A stretch of DNA of 40,246 nt, from the sequence record SRR31156797_8480. One strand, written 5' to 3'. Below the pieces are notes generated by a model. That model was not told the origin of the DNA. It ran no database searches and saw only the letters and a list, made by a program, of their open reading frames with translations. How positions within the stretch are numbered: the first letter of the stretch is position 1; every line of letters begins with the position of its first letter. Of this stretch, positions 1 through 10,818 are shown piece after piece. The position numbers and the translations under genes are program-made.

Positions 1-183
1 TTATTACTATTTAGTTATGCCTTTCATTATTACCCAATACACTAGCGTATGTGAACAGCTTGGCTTCTAAACGACCCAGATAACGTTTTTATTGATTTAG
101 CACCATGAAGATTTCCTCAGAATCAGTACATTGCTTACCTTTGTATGTTGTTAGCCCAAGTGGGAAAAGAAATAGGAAAAACG

Positions 184-1089
184 ATGATTTTAGTAGTCGG
201 TCATAAAAACCCTGACAGTGATAGTATTTGTAGCGCATTGGTTGCTGCTGAGTTATTAAAAGCACGTGGCCTAGAAGCAAAAGCGATTCGCCAAGGCGAG
301 ATTAACCGTGAGACTCAACATATTTTGTCGACCGCGGGTGCAGAACAACCGGAACTGCGTACCAGTGTTGCTGGTGAGAAAGTATGGCTGGTTGACTACA
401 CTGATCTTGCACAAGCACCAGATGATTTGAATGACGCTGAAATTCTAGGAATTGTCGATCACCACCGCTTAGGCGATGTGATGACAGTGAACCCTCTAGA
501 AGCATGGATTTGGCCTGTGGGTTGTACCAGTACTATTCTGTTCAACCTATTTAAAATGGAAAATGCCCCTATCTCTAAGCAGCTTGCTTTACTGATGATC
601 TCTGCAATCTTGTCAGATACGGTTGGCTTTGCTTCTCCAACCTGTACCCAAAAAGATAAAGATGCGGTTGCCGAGTTAGCGGTTCTTGCTGAGATCAGTG
701 ATTTAGACGCGTTCATTAAATCATTACTGATTGCTAAAACTGATATTGAAGGTTTGTCAGCATCTGAGTTGGTCGAGAAAGATCTTAAAGCATACCCGTT
801 TAACGAGCGTGAAGTGATTGTTGGTCAGGTTGAATTGGCAACGTTAGATCAGGTTTCAGACATGATTGACGCTTTAGAAGCAGATTTAGAACGTCGTTGT
901 ACTGAAGAAAACCTAGCGTTTGCGGCCCTGATGTTAACTGACATTACCACAGCGCAAACACGTTTGTTGTTTAAAGGCGAGTGGTCTAGCAAGCTAGAGA
1001 AGCATCTTAAAGACGGTGTATTGATGATGGAAAATACACTGAGTCGTAAGAAACAAGGCTGGCCTTGGCTTCAAACTGAACTGGCGTAA
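184..1089 (+). CDS. ppaC: Manganese-dependent (family II, DHH/DHHA2) inorganic pyrophosphatase
   Basis: Motifs GHKNPDSDS, DHH (IVDHH), AILSDT and SRKKQ; start placed at ATG 184 after AGGA rather than at ORF-track 145. Confidence 0.93.
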   Translation: MILVVGHKNPDSDSICSALVAAELLKARGLEAKAIRQGEINRETQHILSTAGAEQPELRTSVAGEKVWLVDYTDLAQAPDDLNDAEILGIVDHHRLGDVMTVNPLEAWIWPVGCTSTILFNLFKMENAPISKQLALLMISAILSDTVGFASPTCTQKDKDAVAELAVLAEISDLDAFIKSLLIAKTDIEGLSASELVEKDLKAYPFNEREVIVGQVELATLDQVSDMIDALEADLERRCTEENLAFAALMLTDITTAQTRLLFKGEWSSKLEKHLKDGVLMMENTLSRKKQGWPWLQTELA

Positions 1090-1131
1090 TTGCCAAATTA
1101 GGGTATGATCCTAATGAAATAACGCTTAAAT

Positions 1132-1160
1132 GCCCATAGCAAATGCTGTGGGCTTTTTTT
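1132..1160 (+). terminator. Rho-independent terminator of ppaC
   Basis: GCCCATAGC-AAAT-GCTGTGGGC stem followed by T7. Confidence 0.85.
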
Positions 1161-1203
1161 ACCTAAGCTATTCCAGACGGCTCGGGGATATTTGGAGGCC
1201 AGT

Positions 1204-1593
1204 ATGTCAAAGACTCTAACCGCAGAACAAATCGCTACCATTAATCAATATGATCAAGAGAAGCGTTTCAACTACTGTATTAAAGAAATCGTCGCTAATC
1301 AGCAAGTGTGGATTCTAAAAGATGAACACGGCTGTGTAATGCTCAACACAGAAGATGATGATTGCGTACCTGTATGGCCTAACAAAGAGTTTGCTGAAGC
1401 ATGGGCAACCGGTGAGTGGGACTCATGTGAAGCCGAAGCAATTCCGTTTAACAAGTGGCGTAGCCGCTGGACCAGTGGTTTAGAGCAGGATGAACTCTCT
1501 GTTGTTGTTTTCCCGAATGAAAACGAAGAAGGTGTTGTACTTTTCCCTGATGAATTCGATTTTGAATTGAATAAGCAAAACGCTCGTCGTTAA
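1204..1593 (+). CDS. DUF2750 family protein
   Basis: VWIL..GCV...CVPVWP..FA..W pattern; GGAGG RBS at 1194-1198 before ATG 1204. Confidence 0.8.
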   Translation: MSKTLTAEQIATINQYDQEKRFNYCIKEIVANQQVWILKDEHGCVMLNTEDDDCVPVWPNKEFAEAWATGEWDSCEAEAIPFNKWRSRWTSGLEQDELSVVVFPNENEEGVVLFPDEFDFELNKQNARR

Positions 1594-1598
1594 ATTTA

Positions 1599-2378
1599 TC
1601 ACATCCACTTCCTCAGTGGTGCGGAATTCGCGGTACCCAAGGCCTGCTCAAGCAGGCCTTGTTGTTGATATTGTTTGAGTAATGACTTAATCAGAGGCTT
1701 GGCTTGTTGTTCCGTCATTCCTGTCTTGAGCTCATCGCTATATAAAAGTTTTAACAGGACAACATCTAAAGGTGAAAGTAAGTCCTCAGGCGTTCTATCG
1801 TTGAAGATGGAAGGATAGGCAAACTCGGAATCATTAGGCAAACCTAATACCTGAGTGATTTCTTCTACAATACACGCCAACAGTTTCCCGTGACTGCGCG
1901 CCTGATCAACGGGGATTATTACCGCAGCGGAGATGATTTCATGGGTTTTGCTATTCGTTTTGTAGCCGGCCTGACAGACAGCGCCAAACATATGTTTGAC
2001 AGAATTGGCACCAAGTTCTTTCTTAATATCTTCCCCCCAAGTTGCTTGTTGAGAAAATACCCAGATAACATTGGCTTTGGATCTAGAATCAACACGATAG
2101 ATAGGGTGGTCTATTATCTGCCTTAAGTGTTCTAAATGTTCGTTGACTAATTCGTCATGGAGTGCCTGATCCGCAACTTTATGTTCAACCCAAATCTTAA
2201 TCGGCTCACGCCACTTCACTAAGGGCTTTTTACCGGCAGAATATTCGTTTCTCAACGCGACATGGATAAATGCACGCTCGACAAATGAAGGATTGAGCCA
2301 GTTTTCTTGTGCGATGCTGAAAGCACTGGTAAACAATGCTATCAGAATGACAAAGGTACGAAGTGCTACTTGAAGCAT
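1599..2378 (-). CDS. DUF2927 family exported protein
   Basis: Signal peptide, CIVEEITQVLGLPNDS and SIFND motifs; overlaps the end of sapF by 13 bp. Confidence 0.8.
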   Translation of the reverse strand: MLQVALRTFVILIALFTSAFSIAQENWLNPSFVERAFIHVALRNEYSAGKKPLVKWREPIKIWVEHKVADQALHDELVNEHLEHLRQIIDHPIYRVDSRSKANVIWVFSQQATWGEDIKKELGANSVKHMFGAVCQAGYKTNSKTHEIISAAVIIPVDQARSHGKLLACIVEEITQVLGLPNDSEFAYPSIFNDRTPEDLLSPLDVVLLKLLYSDELKTGMTEQQAKPLIKSLLKQYQQQGLLEQALGTANSAPLRKWM

Positions 2379-3154
2379 GGTGCCTTGTTGAAGTGACTCT
2401 CAATCATCCTTTGAGTAATCGGATGTTGCGGATCGGATAGTACCTCAAGGGTATTACCCGCTTCGACCACTTCCCCTTCGTGCATCACCATGACCTTATC
2501 GGTAATATGCTTCATGATGCCAATGTGCTGGGATACATAGACAAATGACACGCCCATCTCTTCCTGTAGCTCTAAAAATAAGTTTATGATCTGAGAGCGC
2601 ATCGCCATATCCAAACCATTCAGAGCTTCATCAGCGACGATAATCGACGGCTGAAGAATCAAAGCGCGGGCTAGACACACGCGTTGTTTTTGTCCTGTTG
2701 CTAACATCTGAGGATAAAAATAGGCGTGCTCGGGTAATAAGCCTACACGAATCAACGTTTCTTTAACGCGCCTCATCCGTGCTTCTGGAGGCATGCTGGT
2801 GTTACGTTTTAGCGGCCCCTCTAGAATGCGACCAATTTGGATTCTAGGATTCAAAGAGGTATTTGGATCCTGAAAAATCATTCGAATGAGTTTACAACGG
2901 GTTGAATAATCTTTGTGTTCTAACAGTTCGCCATTAACGCGAATTTCGCCTTGTGTCGGTTCCACTACACCGGCGAGCATTCTTGCCAGTGTGGATTTTC
3001 CCGAACCATTCTGGCCCATAAAGCCGATGGTTTGTCCCGCTTCTAAAGTGAAACTGACCGGTTTTACTGCTTGATGAACTTGTCTTCTAAATAGCCCAGG
3101 TCGAGAAGTGAAACTTTTCGATAGATTGCTCACTTCCAGTAGAGAAATACTCAT
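2366..3154 (-). CDS. sapF: Peptide ABC transporter ATP-binding protein SapF
   Basis: Walker A GQNGSGKST, LATGQKQR signature, DEALNGLD; last gene of sap order. Confidence 0.9.
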   Translation of the reverse strand: MSISLLEVSNLSKSFTSRPGLFRRQVHQAVKPVSFTLEAGQTIGFMGQNGSGKSTLARMLAGVVEPTQGEIRVNGELLEHKDYSTRCKLIRMIFQDPNTSLNPRIQIGRILEGPLKRNTSMPPEARMRRVKETLIRVGLLPEHAYFYPQMLATGQKQRVCLARALILQPSIIVADEALNGLDMAMRSQIINLFLELQEEMGVSFVYVSQHIGIMKHITDKVMVMHEGEVVEAGNTLEVLSDPQHPITQRMIESHFNKAPCFK

Positions 3155-4146
3155 TATTTTGGCTCCACATTTAGAGGGAAGTGACAGGCAAATTTATGAT
3201 TTTTAATCAATTTGGTTCTCGGTACTTCTACACACTGTTTTTTAGCATAAGGACAGCGCGGCCCAAGGCGACAGCCAATTGGTAGGTGCTGCAATGGAGG
3301 AATCGAGCCTGGCAATGAATGCAGTTTCTGCTTGTGCGGTATCCAATCACTGAAATCAGGCATCGCCTGGAGCAACGCTGAGGTGTAGGGGTGCTTAGGT
3401 GCTGACACTATTTTCTTTGTCGCCGCTGACTCTACTGACTGCCCACAATACATTACAGTAATTCGTGTTGCCCACTGAGTAATGGTGGTTAAATCATGCC
3501 CAACCAGCAGAATGGAGGTATTGTTGACCTGATTCATCCGGCTCAGCAGGCGCAAGATTTGTGATTGCGTGATGGGATCCAAATCATTAGTCGGTTCATC
3601 AGCAATCAACAGTTTAGGCTTGGCCGCGATCGCCATCGCAATCATTACTTTTTGGCATTCACCATCAGTGAGCTCGTAGGGGTAGCTTCTCATCAAGCGT
3701 TTGTGATCTTTAATCCCCACTTTATGCAGTAAGGCGATAGCCTGCTTCTGACGCCAGGTAAAGCGTTGCCACCAACGACCTTCAAAAGTACGAGTTGGAA
3801 TAGACTCAATGAGCTGTTTGCCCACTTCTTCTGAAGGATCCAAACAAGTGGAAGGTTCTTGGAAGATCATCGCGATATCGCGAGCGATAACACGGCGTCT
3901 TTCACGCGGAGTTAGCTGAAGTAAATCAATGTTCCCCAAGCGCATTCTGTCGGCAGTAATGCGCCAGTTTTCTTTGTTTACGCCAACAATCGCCTTAGCG
4001 ACCAAGCTTTTACCTGAACCTGATTCACCCACAAGACCGCGAATTTCCCCTTCATTAAGAGTCAAACTCATACGGTCTACCGCTTTCACCAGACCTTGTG
4101 GAGTATCAATTTCAATCGTGAGGTGGCGAATATCAAGTAACGGCAT
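3154..4146 (-). CDS. sapD: Peptide ABC transporter ATP-binding protein SapD
   Basis: [21 protein letters not shown]-terminal GCRLGPRCP oligopeptide-ABC domain. Confidence 0.92.
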   Translation of the reverse strand: MPLLDIRHLTIEIDTPQGLVKAVDRMSLTLNEGEIRGLVGESGSGKSLVAKAIVGVNKENWRITADRMRLGNIDLLQLTPRERRRVIARDIAMIFQEPSTCLDPSEEVGKQLIESIPTRTFEGRWWQRFTWRQKQAIALLHKVGIKDHKRLMRSYPYELTDGECQKVMIAMAIAAKPKLLIADEPTNDLDPITQSQILRLLSRMNQVNNTSILLVGHDLTTITQWATRITVMYCGQSVESAATKKIVSAPKHPYTSALLQAMPDFSDWIPHKQKLHSLPGSIPPLQHLPIGCRLGPRCPYAKKQCVEVPRTKLIKNHKFACHFPLNVEPK

Positions 4147-5033
4147 TATTCGACTCCTGCATTCAGCGCTTGACGAACACCTTCGCCAACGAGGTTAATC
4201 ATAACTACAGTATACATAATGGCTAAACCGGGGAGGGTAACTGTCCACGGCGCTAAGTAAATAAGTTCAACCGAATCTCCTAAAATAGCCCCCCATTCCG
4301 TACTCGGAGCTTGTGCGCCTAATCCAAGGAAACCTAACGCTGTCACATCGAGTATCGCGATCGACAGAGCCATGGTGATTTCCTGAGTCAACATCGGTAG
4401 CGTGTTTGGAAGAATTGAGTGCCACAGTAAATAGAAATCGCTCGCGCCATCTAGGCGTGCTGCCATGATGTAATCTTTTTCGACTTCGTTATGAACCGCG
4501 ATATAAACGGAACGAACAAATCTAGGGATCAGAGCTAAACAGATTGCTAGTAGAACGTTGAATTCACCAAAGCCGAGAAATGCGACAAAGATAATTGCCA
4601 GCAATAGTGAAGGGATAGACATCACGGTATCGAGCAGGTGGTTCAAGGTACTTGAAAGCAAACCTCGAGTCATACCCGCTAAAATGCCGATAAGACAACC
4701 GATTACCGCTGCAATAACGGTAATAATTAACGAGGCACCAAACGTCAGTTGGGAACCATCGATCAAGCGCGAAAGAATATCGCGCCCTAGATCATCGGTT
4801 CCGAGAAAATACTCAACAGAGCCAGCAGGATCCCAAGACGGTGGGTTTAACAACTGTCCGGTTTGTGCTTGAGGATCATGAGGTGCAATCCATGGTGAAG
4901 CAATGGTAATGATCACTATCAGTATCAAGCTCCACAAACCGAACATGGCTAAGCTATTGTTTTTAAAGCTGCGCCAAAAGCGTTCAAACTGAGTTGGAAT
5001 GTGCTCTTCCTGATAAATATTATTTGTTAGCAT
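4146..5033 (-). CDS. sapC: Peptide ABC transporter permease SapC
   Basis: [22 protein letters not shown] loop, several TM helices. Confidence 0.92.
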   Translation of the reverse strand: MLTNNIYQEEHIPTQFERFWRSFKNNSLAMFGLWSLILIVIITIASPWIAPHDPQAQTGQLLNPPSWDPAGSVEYFLGTDDLGRDILSRLIDGSQLTFGASLIITVIAAVIGCLIGILAGMTRGLLSSTLNHLLDTVMSIPSLLLAIIFVAFLGFGEFNVLLAICLALIPRFVRSVYIAVHNEVEKDYIMAARLDGASDFYLLWHSILPNTLPMLTQEITMALSIAILDVTALGFLGLGAQAPSTEWGAILGDSVELIYLAPWTVTLPGLAIMYTVVMINLVGEGVRQALNAGVE

Positions 5034-5982
5034 ACCATTCCTTTCTGACCAGAGGGTTGATCATCGCACCTATCAAATCTGAGAGAATATTTGCAGTCAA
5101 AACCAGTGCACCCACCGCAATTACGCCAGCCTGAATAGAAACATAATCTCTGTTCGAAAGTGCATCTAGCAACCAACGACCAATACCCGGCCAGTTAAAA
5201 ATAGATTCAGTGATGATGGCCAATGTCAGCATACTGGATAGCTGGACACCGAACTTAGGAATAATTGGTGGAATCGCGTTACGCAGCACATGCTGGGTAA
5301 CAATTTCGTAGTAAGAAAGGCCTTTGATTCGAGCGGCGCGAACGTAGTTCTGCGACATAACATCAGCCACAGAGGCGCGCATTAAACGGATAACCTGTGT
5401 TGTCGGTGCCAATGCGAGTACCAGACAAGGTAGAATCATATGGTCAATCACACTGTACAGTATGTTAGTGCTGTATACGCCTTCTGCCATAGCGGCATCA
5501 ATCAATGCAAATCCAGTGACATGTTGCACTTCATACAATAGGTCATAACGTCCAGAAACTGGGAACATGCCATAATGCAGTGAAAACACCATGATCATAA
5601 TCAGAGCAACCCAGTACAAAGGGGCAGAATAGCCTGACATTGAAGTAAAAGAGATGATGGTGTCCAGCCACTTACCTTGTTTCATACCTGCCACGGTGCC
5701 AATAGGTAAACCAATAATCAGCGAGAGTACGAAAGCAATAAAGCATAGCTCGAGCGTTGCTGGAAAGACTTTGATGAGTTCATCTGCAATTGGAACACCA
5801 CTCTTATTTAAACCAAAATTAAACTGCGAGAGTTCGTTGAGGTATAACCACCAACCGGACCAAAAATCCTGAAGAGCCCAATGGGATTGCGGTTCCAGAC
5901 GCAGCAAACTATAGCCGACCATCGTAAGGATGAGCAGGGTGATGATAAACAGGTTAAACCTTCGGAGGGTATAAATGAACAT
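5020..5982 (-). CDS. sapB: Peptide ABC transporter permease SapB
   Basis: FPATLEL, AARIKGLS, ESIFNWPGIG motifs. Confidence 0.92.
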   Translation of the reverse strand: MFIYTLRRFNLFIITLLILTMVGYSLLRLEPQSHWALQDFWSGWWLYLNELSQFNFGLNKSGVPIADELIKVFPATLELCFIAFVLSLIIGLPIGTVAGMKQGKWLDTIISFTSMSGYSAPLYWVALIMIMVFSLHYGMFPVSGRYDLLYEVQHVTGFALIDAAMAEGVYSTNILYSVIDHMILPCLVLALAPTTQVIRLMRASVADVMSQNYVRAARIKGLSYYEIVTQHVLRNAIPPIIPKFGVQLSSMLTLAIITESIFNWPGIGRWLLDALSNRDYVSIQAGVIAVGALVLTANILSDLIGAMINPLVRKEWYANK

Positions 5983-7604
5983 TATTCAGATACCCTCTCT
6001 ACTTTATTGAAAGGTTCAACGCTAAATGGGCTCAAACGAAAACCGGTGAGCGTTTTGTTGTAGGCTTTGAACTGCATACCATGAGCAATTGGAATCACGG
6101 GAAACTCTTGATTCAAAATTGTTTGGGCTTGTTTATACAAGTTTAAACGATATCTAGGGCGGTCAACTTCTAAGGCGAGATCAAGTAAGAAGTCGAAGTC
6201 ACTGTTACACCACATTGAAGCGTTCAAACCTGCTCGGTTTGCGTCACAAGACAGCAGAGGACGTAAGAAGTTATCGGGATCGCCTGTATCGCCTGTCCAA
6301 CCTCTCAAGAACAGATCGATGTGGCTACGCTCTGCGAGCTCTGAGCGTTTAAGGTTACTTTCTGTCACTAGGTGAAGCGTGATGCCGATGTCGGCAAGGT
6401 TCGATTGAATCATCTCAGCCATCTTGCGAGGGCTTGGGTTGTAGGAACGAGGTTCAATCGGCACCGACATTGTCATTTCCAACCCATTGTCATAGCCAGC
6501 CGCTTTCAAAAGACCGACGGCGTAATTGCGGTCGTAACGAATTTGAATATCGTCCTTTTGATACGCCCAAGATGTTGGCGGCAGAATATTGTAGGCAATA
6601 CCCCCGGTACCGTAGTAAACAGAATCGAGAATATTTTGGCGATTAATCGCAAAGTTGAGCGCCTTACGTACGCGCACATCATTCAGAGCTGGGTGAGTCG
6701 TATTCACCGCGATAAAGGCAACGTTCATCGCAGGTTTGATTGATAAATCAATATTATCTTGCTTCTGAATAACGGGAATTTGGCTCGAAATTGGGAAACT
6801 GAGTACATCACATTCGTTGCGAAGTAATTTCGCCAGTGTTCCTGTACCACGTTGAGAGATATCAAACACAACCTGGTCCATGATCGCAGGGCTGTTCCAG
6901 TAGTTATCATGGCGACGTAAACGAACTAAATCATGAACTTTAAATTCATCAAGATAGAAAGGCCCAGTACCGATAGGGAAAACGTCAATATTGTGCTTCT
7001 CATCTTTTAGCGTCAGGCTCTGCCCGTACTCTTCCGACAGAATCACCGCGTGAGTGGTCGAAATATTGGATAAGAAACTGTTGTCTGGGCGACTAAGCAC
7101 AAACTTAACGGTGTAAGGATCTAATGCACGGACTTCTGTGATAAGGCTAGCGAAATTAATGCCTTCAAACCAAGGGTAGCTACCGTTACTCACGTAGTGA
7201 TAAGCATGCATTGGGTCGATAATGCGCTCAAAACTGAACACCACATCTTTGGCGTTAAATTGTCGGGTAGGCGCAAACCAATCCGTGTTATGGAATGAAA
7301 CGCCTTTACGTAAAGTGAAGGTGTATTCGGTACCATCAGAATTCACTTGCCAGTCAGTGGCTAAGTTTGCAACCGGTCTGTGCGTTTCAGGATCAAGCTT
7401 AAGCAAAGTGTCATACAGCTGGGGACTTAATGCTTCAGAAGTGATGCCACTATCGACTAACTGGGGATTAAAGGTATGCGGGCTACCATGACCACAATAC
7501 ACAAACCCGCTTTGGCGAATTTTTGTATGGTCAATATCTTCTCCACAGCCTGAGAGAAGGCTTAATCCGAATAGTCCAAGCGTGATTCTTAATAAAGTGC
7601 TCAT
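5982..7604 (-). CDS. sapA: Peptide ABC transporter substrate-binding lipoprotein SapA
   Basis: SBP family 5 motifs (TFNPQ, PIGTGPF); lipobox LSGC fits a start at ATG 7604. Confidence 0.9.
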   Translation of the reverse strand: MSTLLRITLGLFGLSLLSGCGEDIDHTKIRQSGFVYCGHGSPHTFNPQLVDSGITSEALSPQLYDTLLKLDPETHRPVANLATDWQVNSDGTEYTFTLRKGVSFHNTDWFAPTRQFNAKDVVFSFERIIDPMHAYHYVSNGSYPWFEGINFASLITEVRALDPYTVKFVLSRPDNSFLSNISTTHAVILSEEYGQSLTLKDEKHNIDVFPIGTGPFYLDEFKVHDLVRLRRHDNYWNSPAIMDQVVFDISQRGTGTLAKLLRNECDVLSFPISSQIPVIQKQDNIDLSIKPAMNVAFIAVNTTHPALNDVRVRKALNFAINRQNILDSVYYGTGGIAYNILPPTSWAYQKDDIQIRYDRNYAVGLLKAAGYDNGLEMTMSVPIEPRSYNPSPRKMAEMIQSNLADIGITLHLVTESNLKRSELAERSHIDLFLRGWTGDTGDPDNFLRPLLSCDANRAGLNASMWCNSDFDFLLDLALEVDRPRYRLNLYKQAQTILNQEFPVIPIAHGMQFKAYNKTLTGFRLSPFSVEPFNKVERVSE

Positions 7605-7716
7605 ATAGAAATCAGTGTGAGAAACGAAGCGAAGTACCTGTAACTTACGCCTCAAAATCTTGCTAATTTACCACTCTTTAAGTTGTTAAACCAAGGAAAT
7701 ATAGGGTTATTCAGTG

Positions 7717-8718
7717 TTAATCGGCTTTAGTTAATTGGTATTTTCTCATTAACCCTCGAAATTGATGGTAGCTCAGACCGAGAATTTCAGCAGCCTGACG
7801 TTGATTAAATTTAGCAAATTTCAACGACTCGTTAAGTACATGCTTATCTTGTTGCTCTTGCCATTGTTTAAAATCCATCGGAAAAGACAGCGTTTTATCG
7901 ACTAACGACGGGTTATCTTCAGGTTGAATGGAGTCTTTTTCAGGCTCTTGCCATTGAGAAGAGAACGGGTTGAAAGTGAGCTGCTCTATTGGGCTCTCGA
8001 CACTGCCGTGTTGGTATACTGCTCGCTCTATGACATTCTTAAGTTCACGTACATTGCCGGGCCATGGGTACTCAATTAAGCTTTGAAGTGCTTCTCGGCT
8101 AAACCCAGCAAAAAAGGGCAGGTTGAGTTCACGACACATACGGATAGCAAAATGTTCCGCCAGCAACACAATATCATCATGGCGGACTCGCAAAGGTGGA
8201 AGTTGAATAACGTCGAAAGCGAGGCGGTCGAGCAGGTCTGCCCTAAAGTCTCCTTTGTTGGACAAATCCACTAAATCAGCGTTGGTTGCACAGACTAGCC
8301 TTACGTTTGCATTTAATATCTGGTTACCCCCTACGCGCTCATATTGCCCATACTCTATGACCCTAAGTAATTTTTCCTGCACCGAGACAGGTGCGGTGGC
8401 GAGCTCGTCAAGAAACAGGGTGCCGCCTTCTGCTCGTTCAAATCGACCTTGATGACGACCTTTAGAGCCGGTGAATGAACCTGATTCATGGCCAAACAGT
8501 TCTGAGTCGATAAGCCCCTCACTTAAGGTTGAACAGTTCAGAGAGATCAATGGCTGGTCCCAACGTTTGGATAAGTAGTGCAGTCGCTGCGCAATCAGTT
8601 CTTTACCAGTACCTCGTTCGCCAACAATTAAAACAGGGCGTTCGATAGGCGCGAGCCGAGAAACTTTATCCAGCACGGCGTGGAAAGCGGGTGATTCCCC
8701 AATAAGATTTTGTTGCAT
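7717..8718 (-). CDS. pspF: Phage shock protein sigma54 activator PspF
   Basis: AAA+ GERGTGKE, SELFGHE, GSFTG (GAFTGA loop), C-terminal HTH, no receiver domain; divergent from pspA. Confidence 0.95.
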   Translation of the reverse strand: MQQNLIGESPAFHAVLDKVSRLAPIERPVLIVGERGTGKELIAQRLHYLSKRWDQPLISLNCSTLSEGLIDSELFGHESGSFTGSKGRHQGRFERAEGGTLFLDELATAPVSVQEKLLRVIEYGQYERVGGNQILNANVRLVCATNADLVDLSNKGDFRADLLDRLAFDVIQLPPLRVRHDDIVLLAEHFAIRMCRELNLPFFAGFSREALQSLIEYPWPGNVRELKNVIERAVYQHGSVESPIEQLTFNPFSSQWQEPEKDSIQPEDNPSLVDKTLSFPMDFKQWQEQQDKHVLNESLKFAKFNQRQAAEILGLSYHQFRGLMRKYQLTKAD

Positions 8719-8745
8719 ATTCTCGATCCCTGATTAATGAGCGCG

Positions 8746-8860
8746 GTTGGCGAAATTAACCAACTGTTGGCGAAATTTATTACAGCATAGTTCTGTTTAT
8801 GCGGGTTTGCAATCTAAGTGTTTGAAAAATAAAACCCAAAAAGATGGCACAGAAATTGGA
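8746..8860 (+). promoter_or_regulatory. sigma54 promoter of pspA with PspF upstream activator sites and an IHF site
   Basis: Direct repeat GTTGGCGAAATT at 8746 and 8766; IHF-like TAAGTGTTTGAAA at 8815-8827; TGGCAC-AGAAA-TTGG (-24/-12) at 8845-8859. Confidence 0.85.
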
Positions 8861-8915
8861 ATATAGAATTCGAAATGAAAAATTATTCGATTGAAGTCAA
8901 TATAAGGAGTTAATT

Positions 8916-9584
8916 ATGGGCATCTTTTCTCGATTTGCAGATATTGTAAACTCAAACATCAGCGCGTTATTAGATAAGGCTGAAGATCCAGAAAAAATGA
9001 TTCGCCTGATTATTCAGGAAATGGAAGACACACTGGTTGAAGTCCGCACGAATTCGGCAAAAGCGATTGCGGATAAAAAAGAGTTAGCACGTAAAGTGAC
9101 CAGCATTGATGACCAAATTGAAGAGTGGCAAAACAAGGCAACGCTGGCACTGAACAAACAACGTGAAGATTTAGCGCGCGCAGCGTTAATTGAGAAGAAG
9201 AAGTTACAATCCGTACTAAAAGGTCTTCACACTGAGCAGACATTGGTTGATGAAACCATTGATAAGTTAACGGGTGAGATCACTAAGTTAGAAAGCAAGA
9301 TCACTGAGACAAGAGCAAAACAACAGGCGCTCACTATTCGCACCCAAACCGCGAGTAACCGTCGTGATGTTCAACGTCATCTGCATACTAGCCGCACTGA
9401 AGAAGCCATGTCTAAGTTTGAGCAGTACTCGCGTAAAGTTGATGAACTGGAAGCTGAAGCCGATCTGTATGCGCAGTCTTCGCAAGGTAAGTCGTTAGAT
9501 CAGGAATTTGCTGAACTTCAGGCACAAGATGAAATCGAACAAGAGTTAGCAAAACTTAAACAACAAATGAACAAAGACCAATAA
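8916..9584 (+). CDS. pspA: Phage shock protein A
   Basis: MGIFSRFADIVNSNI..LLDKAEDPEKM, long coiled coil, AAGGAG RBS. Confidence 0.97.
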   Translation: MGIFSRFADIVNSNISALLDKAEDPEKMIRLIIQEMEDTLVEVRTNSAKAIADKKELARKVTSIDDQIEEWQNKATLALNKQREDLARAALIEKKKLQSVLKGLHTEQTLVDETIDKLTGEITKLESKITETRAKQQALTIRTQTASNRRDVQRHLHTSRTEEAMSKFEQYSRKVDELEAEADLYAQSSQGKSLDQEFAELQAQDEIEQELAKLKQQMNKDQ

Positions 9585-9596
9585 GTGGAGTGAACT

Positions 9597-9830
9597 ATGG
9601 CCTCAGTATTTTTTACAGGACCTTTAATTGTATTCCTAATATTTGTCGCGCCATTGTGGTTGTTTCTCCACTACCGCAGTAAACGCAAAGTGGGCAGTGG
9701 TTTGTCGTCAGAAGATTATGAAACACTTAGACATTTATCTGAAAAAGCGAATGGTCTGCAGTCGAGAGTGGAAACTCTAGAGCGTATTCTAGATGCAGAA
9801 TCACCAACATGGAGGCGCAATTATGAGTAG
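9597..9830 (+). CDS. pspB: Phage shock protein B
   Basis: N-terminal TM FVAPLWLFLHY and RVETLERILDAESPTWR. Confidence 0.95.
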   Translation: MASVFFTGPLIVFLIFVAPLWLFLHYRSKRKVGSGLSSEDYETLRHLSEKANGLQSRVETLERILDAESPTWRRNYE

Positions 9831-10209
9831 AGAACTCTATCGTGACACCATGAATGGCAAAATTGGTGGTGTTTGTGCTGGGTTGGCCAACTACTTTAAC
9901 TTAGAAGTTTGGGTAGTGAGAATACTGGTGATCTCGGCTGGGTTATTAGGTGGTGGTTTTCTTATTGTCCTGGCTTATTTTGCTATGATGTTGATGTTGG
10001 AAAAACAGCCATATCAGTACGAGAAAAACATAAAAACCCAAAGAGATCACACCCTGAAAAGTAAGCCATGGGAACAAGGCCAAACGGCGAATGATTTGTT
10101 GCAAACGCTTGAGAGAGACCTTAATAAAGTGGACATGAGAATTCGAAATATGGAAGCTTACGTGACCTCTGAAACCTTTAAAGTGAATCGAGAGTTCAAC
10201 AAACTATAG
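9823..10209 (+). CDS. pspC: Phage shock protein C
   Basis: LYRD..GKIGGVCAGLA PspC domain, MEAYVTS; GGAGG before ATG 9823. Confidence 0.95.
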   Translation: MSRELYRDTMNGKIGGVCAGLANYFNLEVWVVRILVISAGLLGGGFLIVLAYFAMMLMLEKQPYQYEKNIKTQRDHTLKSKPWEQGQTANDLLQTLERDLNKVDMRIRNMEAYVTSETFKVNREFNKL

Positions 10210-10227
10210 AAAGGAATTGATGCACGA

Positions 10228-10791
10228 ATGACTGAAAACAGCGATAACACCTGTGCTTGGGCGATGAAGCACCCATTAGAACGTGAGTATCATGATAGTG
10301 AGTGGGGCATACCCGTTCATGATGATGCGGCGTTATTTGAGTTTATAACCTTAGAGGGGGCGCAAGCAGGGTTGAGCTGGATTACCATTCTCAAAAAGCG
10401 AGAAGGTTATCGTCAGGCGTTTGAAAACTACGACATCGAGAGTTTGGCACAGCATGATGAATCACGTGTTCAAGACATCATTGATCAGTTCGACGTGGTT
10501 AAACATAAAGGAAAAATAGCGTCTGTGTTCTCGAATGCCCGAGCAACAATCGAGCTGCAAAAAGAATACGGCTCTCTGGATAAAGCATTATGGCAGTTTG
10601 TTGATGGCGTGCCCCAAGTTAACCATTGGAAAGAGATGAGCGAAGTTCCTGTATCAACCGAGACTTCCAAAGCGATGAGCAAGTTTCTTAAAAAGCGCGG
10701 TTTTAAATTTGTTGGTGAGACAATTTGCTATTCGTTCATGCAAGCTGTGGGCATGGTGAATGACCATTTAGAGCACTGCCCGAAGAAATAA
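10228..10791 (+). CDS. tag: DNA-3-methyladenine glycosylase I
   Basis: YHDSEWG, LEGAQAGLSW, GFKFVG, MQAVGMVNDH...C. Confidence 0.95.
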   Translation: MTENSDNTCAWAMKHPLEREYHDSEWGIPVHDDAALFEFITLEGAQAGLSWITILKKREGYRQAFENYDIESLAQHDESRVQDIIDQFDVVKHKGKIASVFSNARATIELQKEYGSLDKALWQFVDGVPQVNHWKEMSEVPVSTETSKAMSKFLKKRGFKFVGETICYSFMQAVGMVNDHLEHCPKK

Positions 10792-10792
10792 C

Positions 10793-10818
10793 AAAAAGAG
10801 CACCGTTTGGTGCTCTTT
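10793..10818. terminator. Bidirectional terminator between tag and metC
   Basis: AAAGAGCACC-GTTT-GGTGCTCTTT between convergent genes. Confidence 0.8.

Noticed and set aside
89-716. Antisense ORFs over ppaC and the many other 60-180 aa shadow ORFs in the track
   Set aside because: They overlap well-supported genes on the opposite strand or another frame and have no recognisable motifs or RBS
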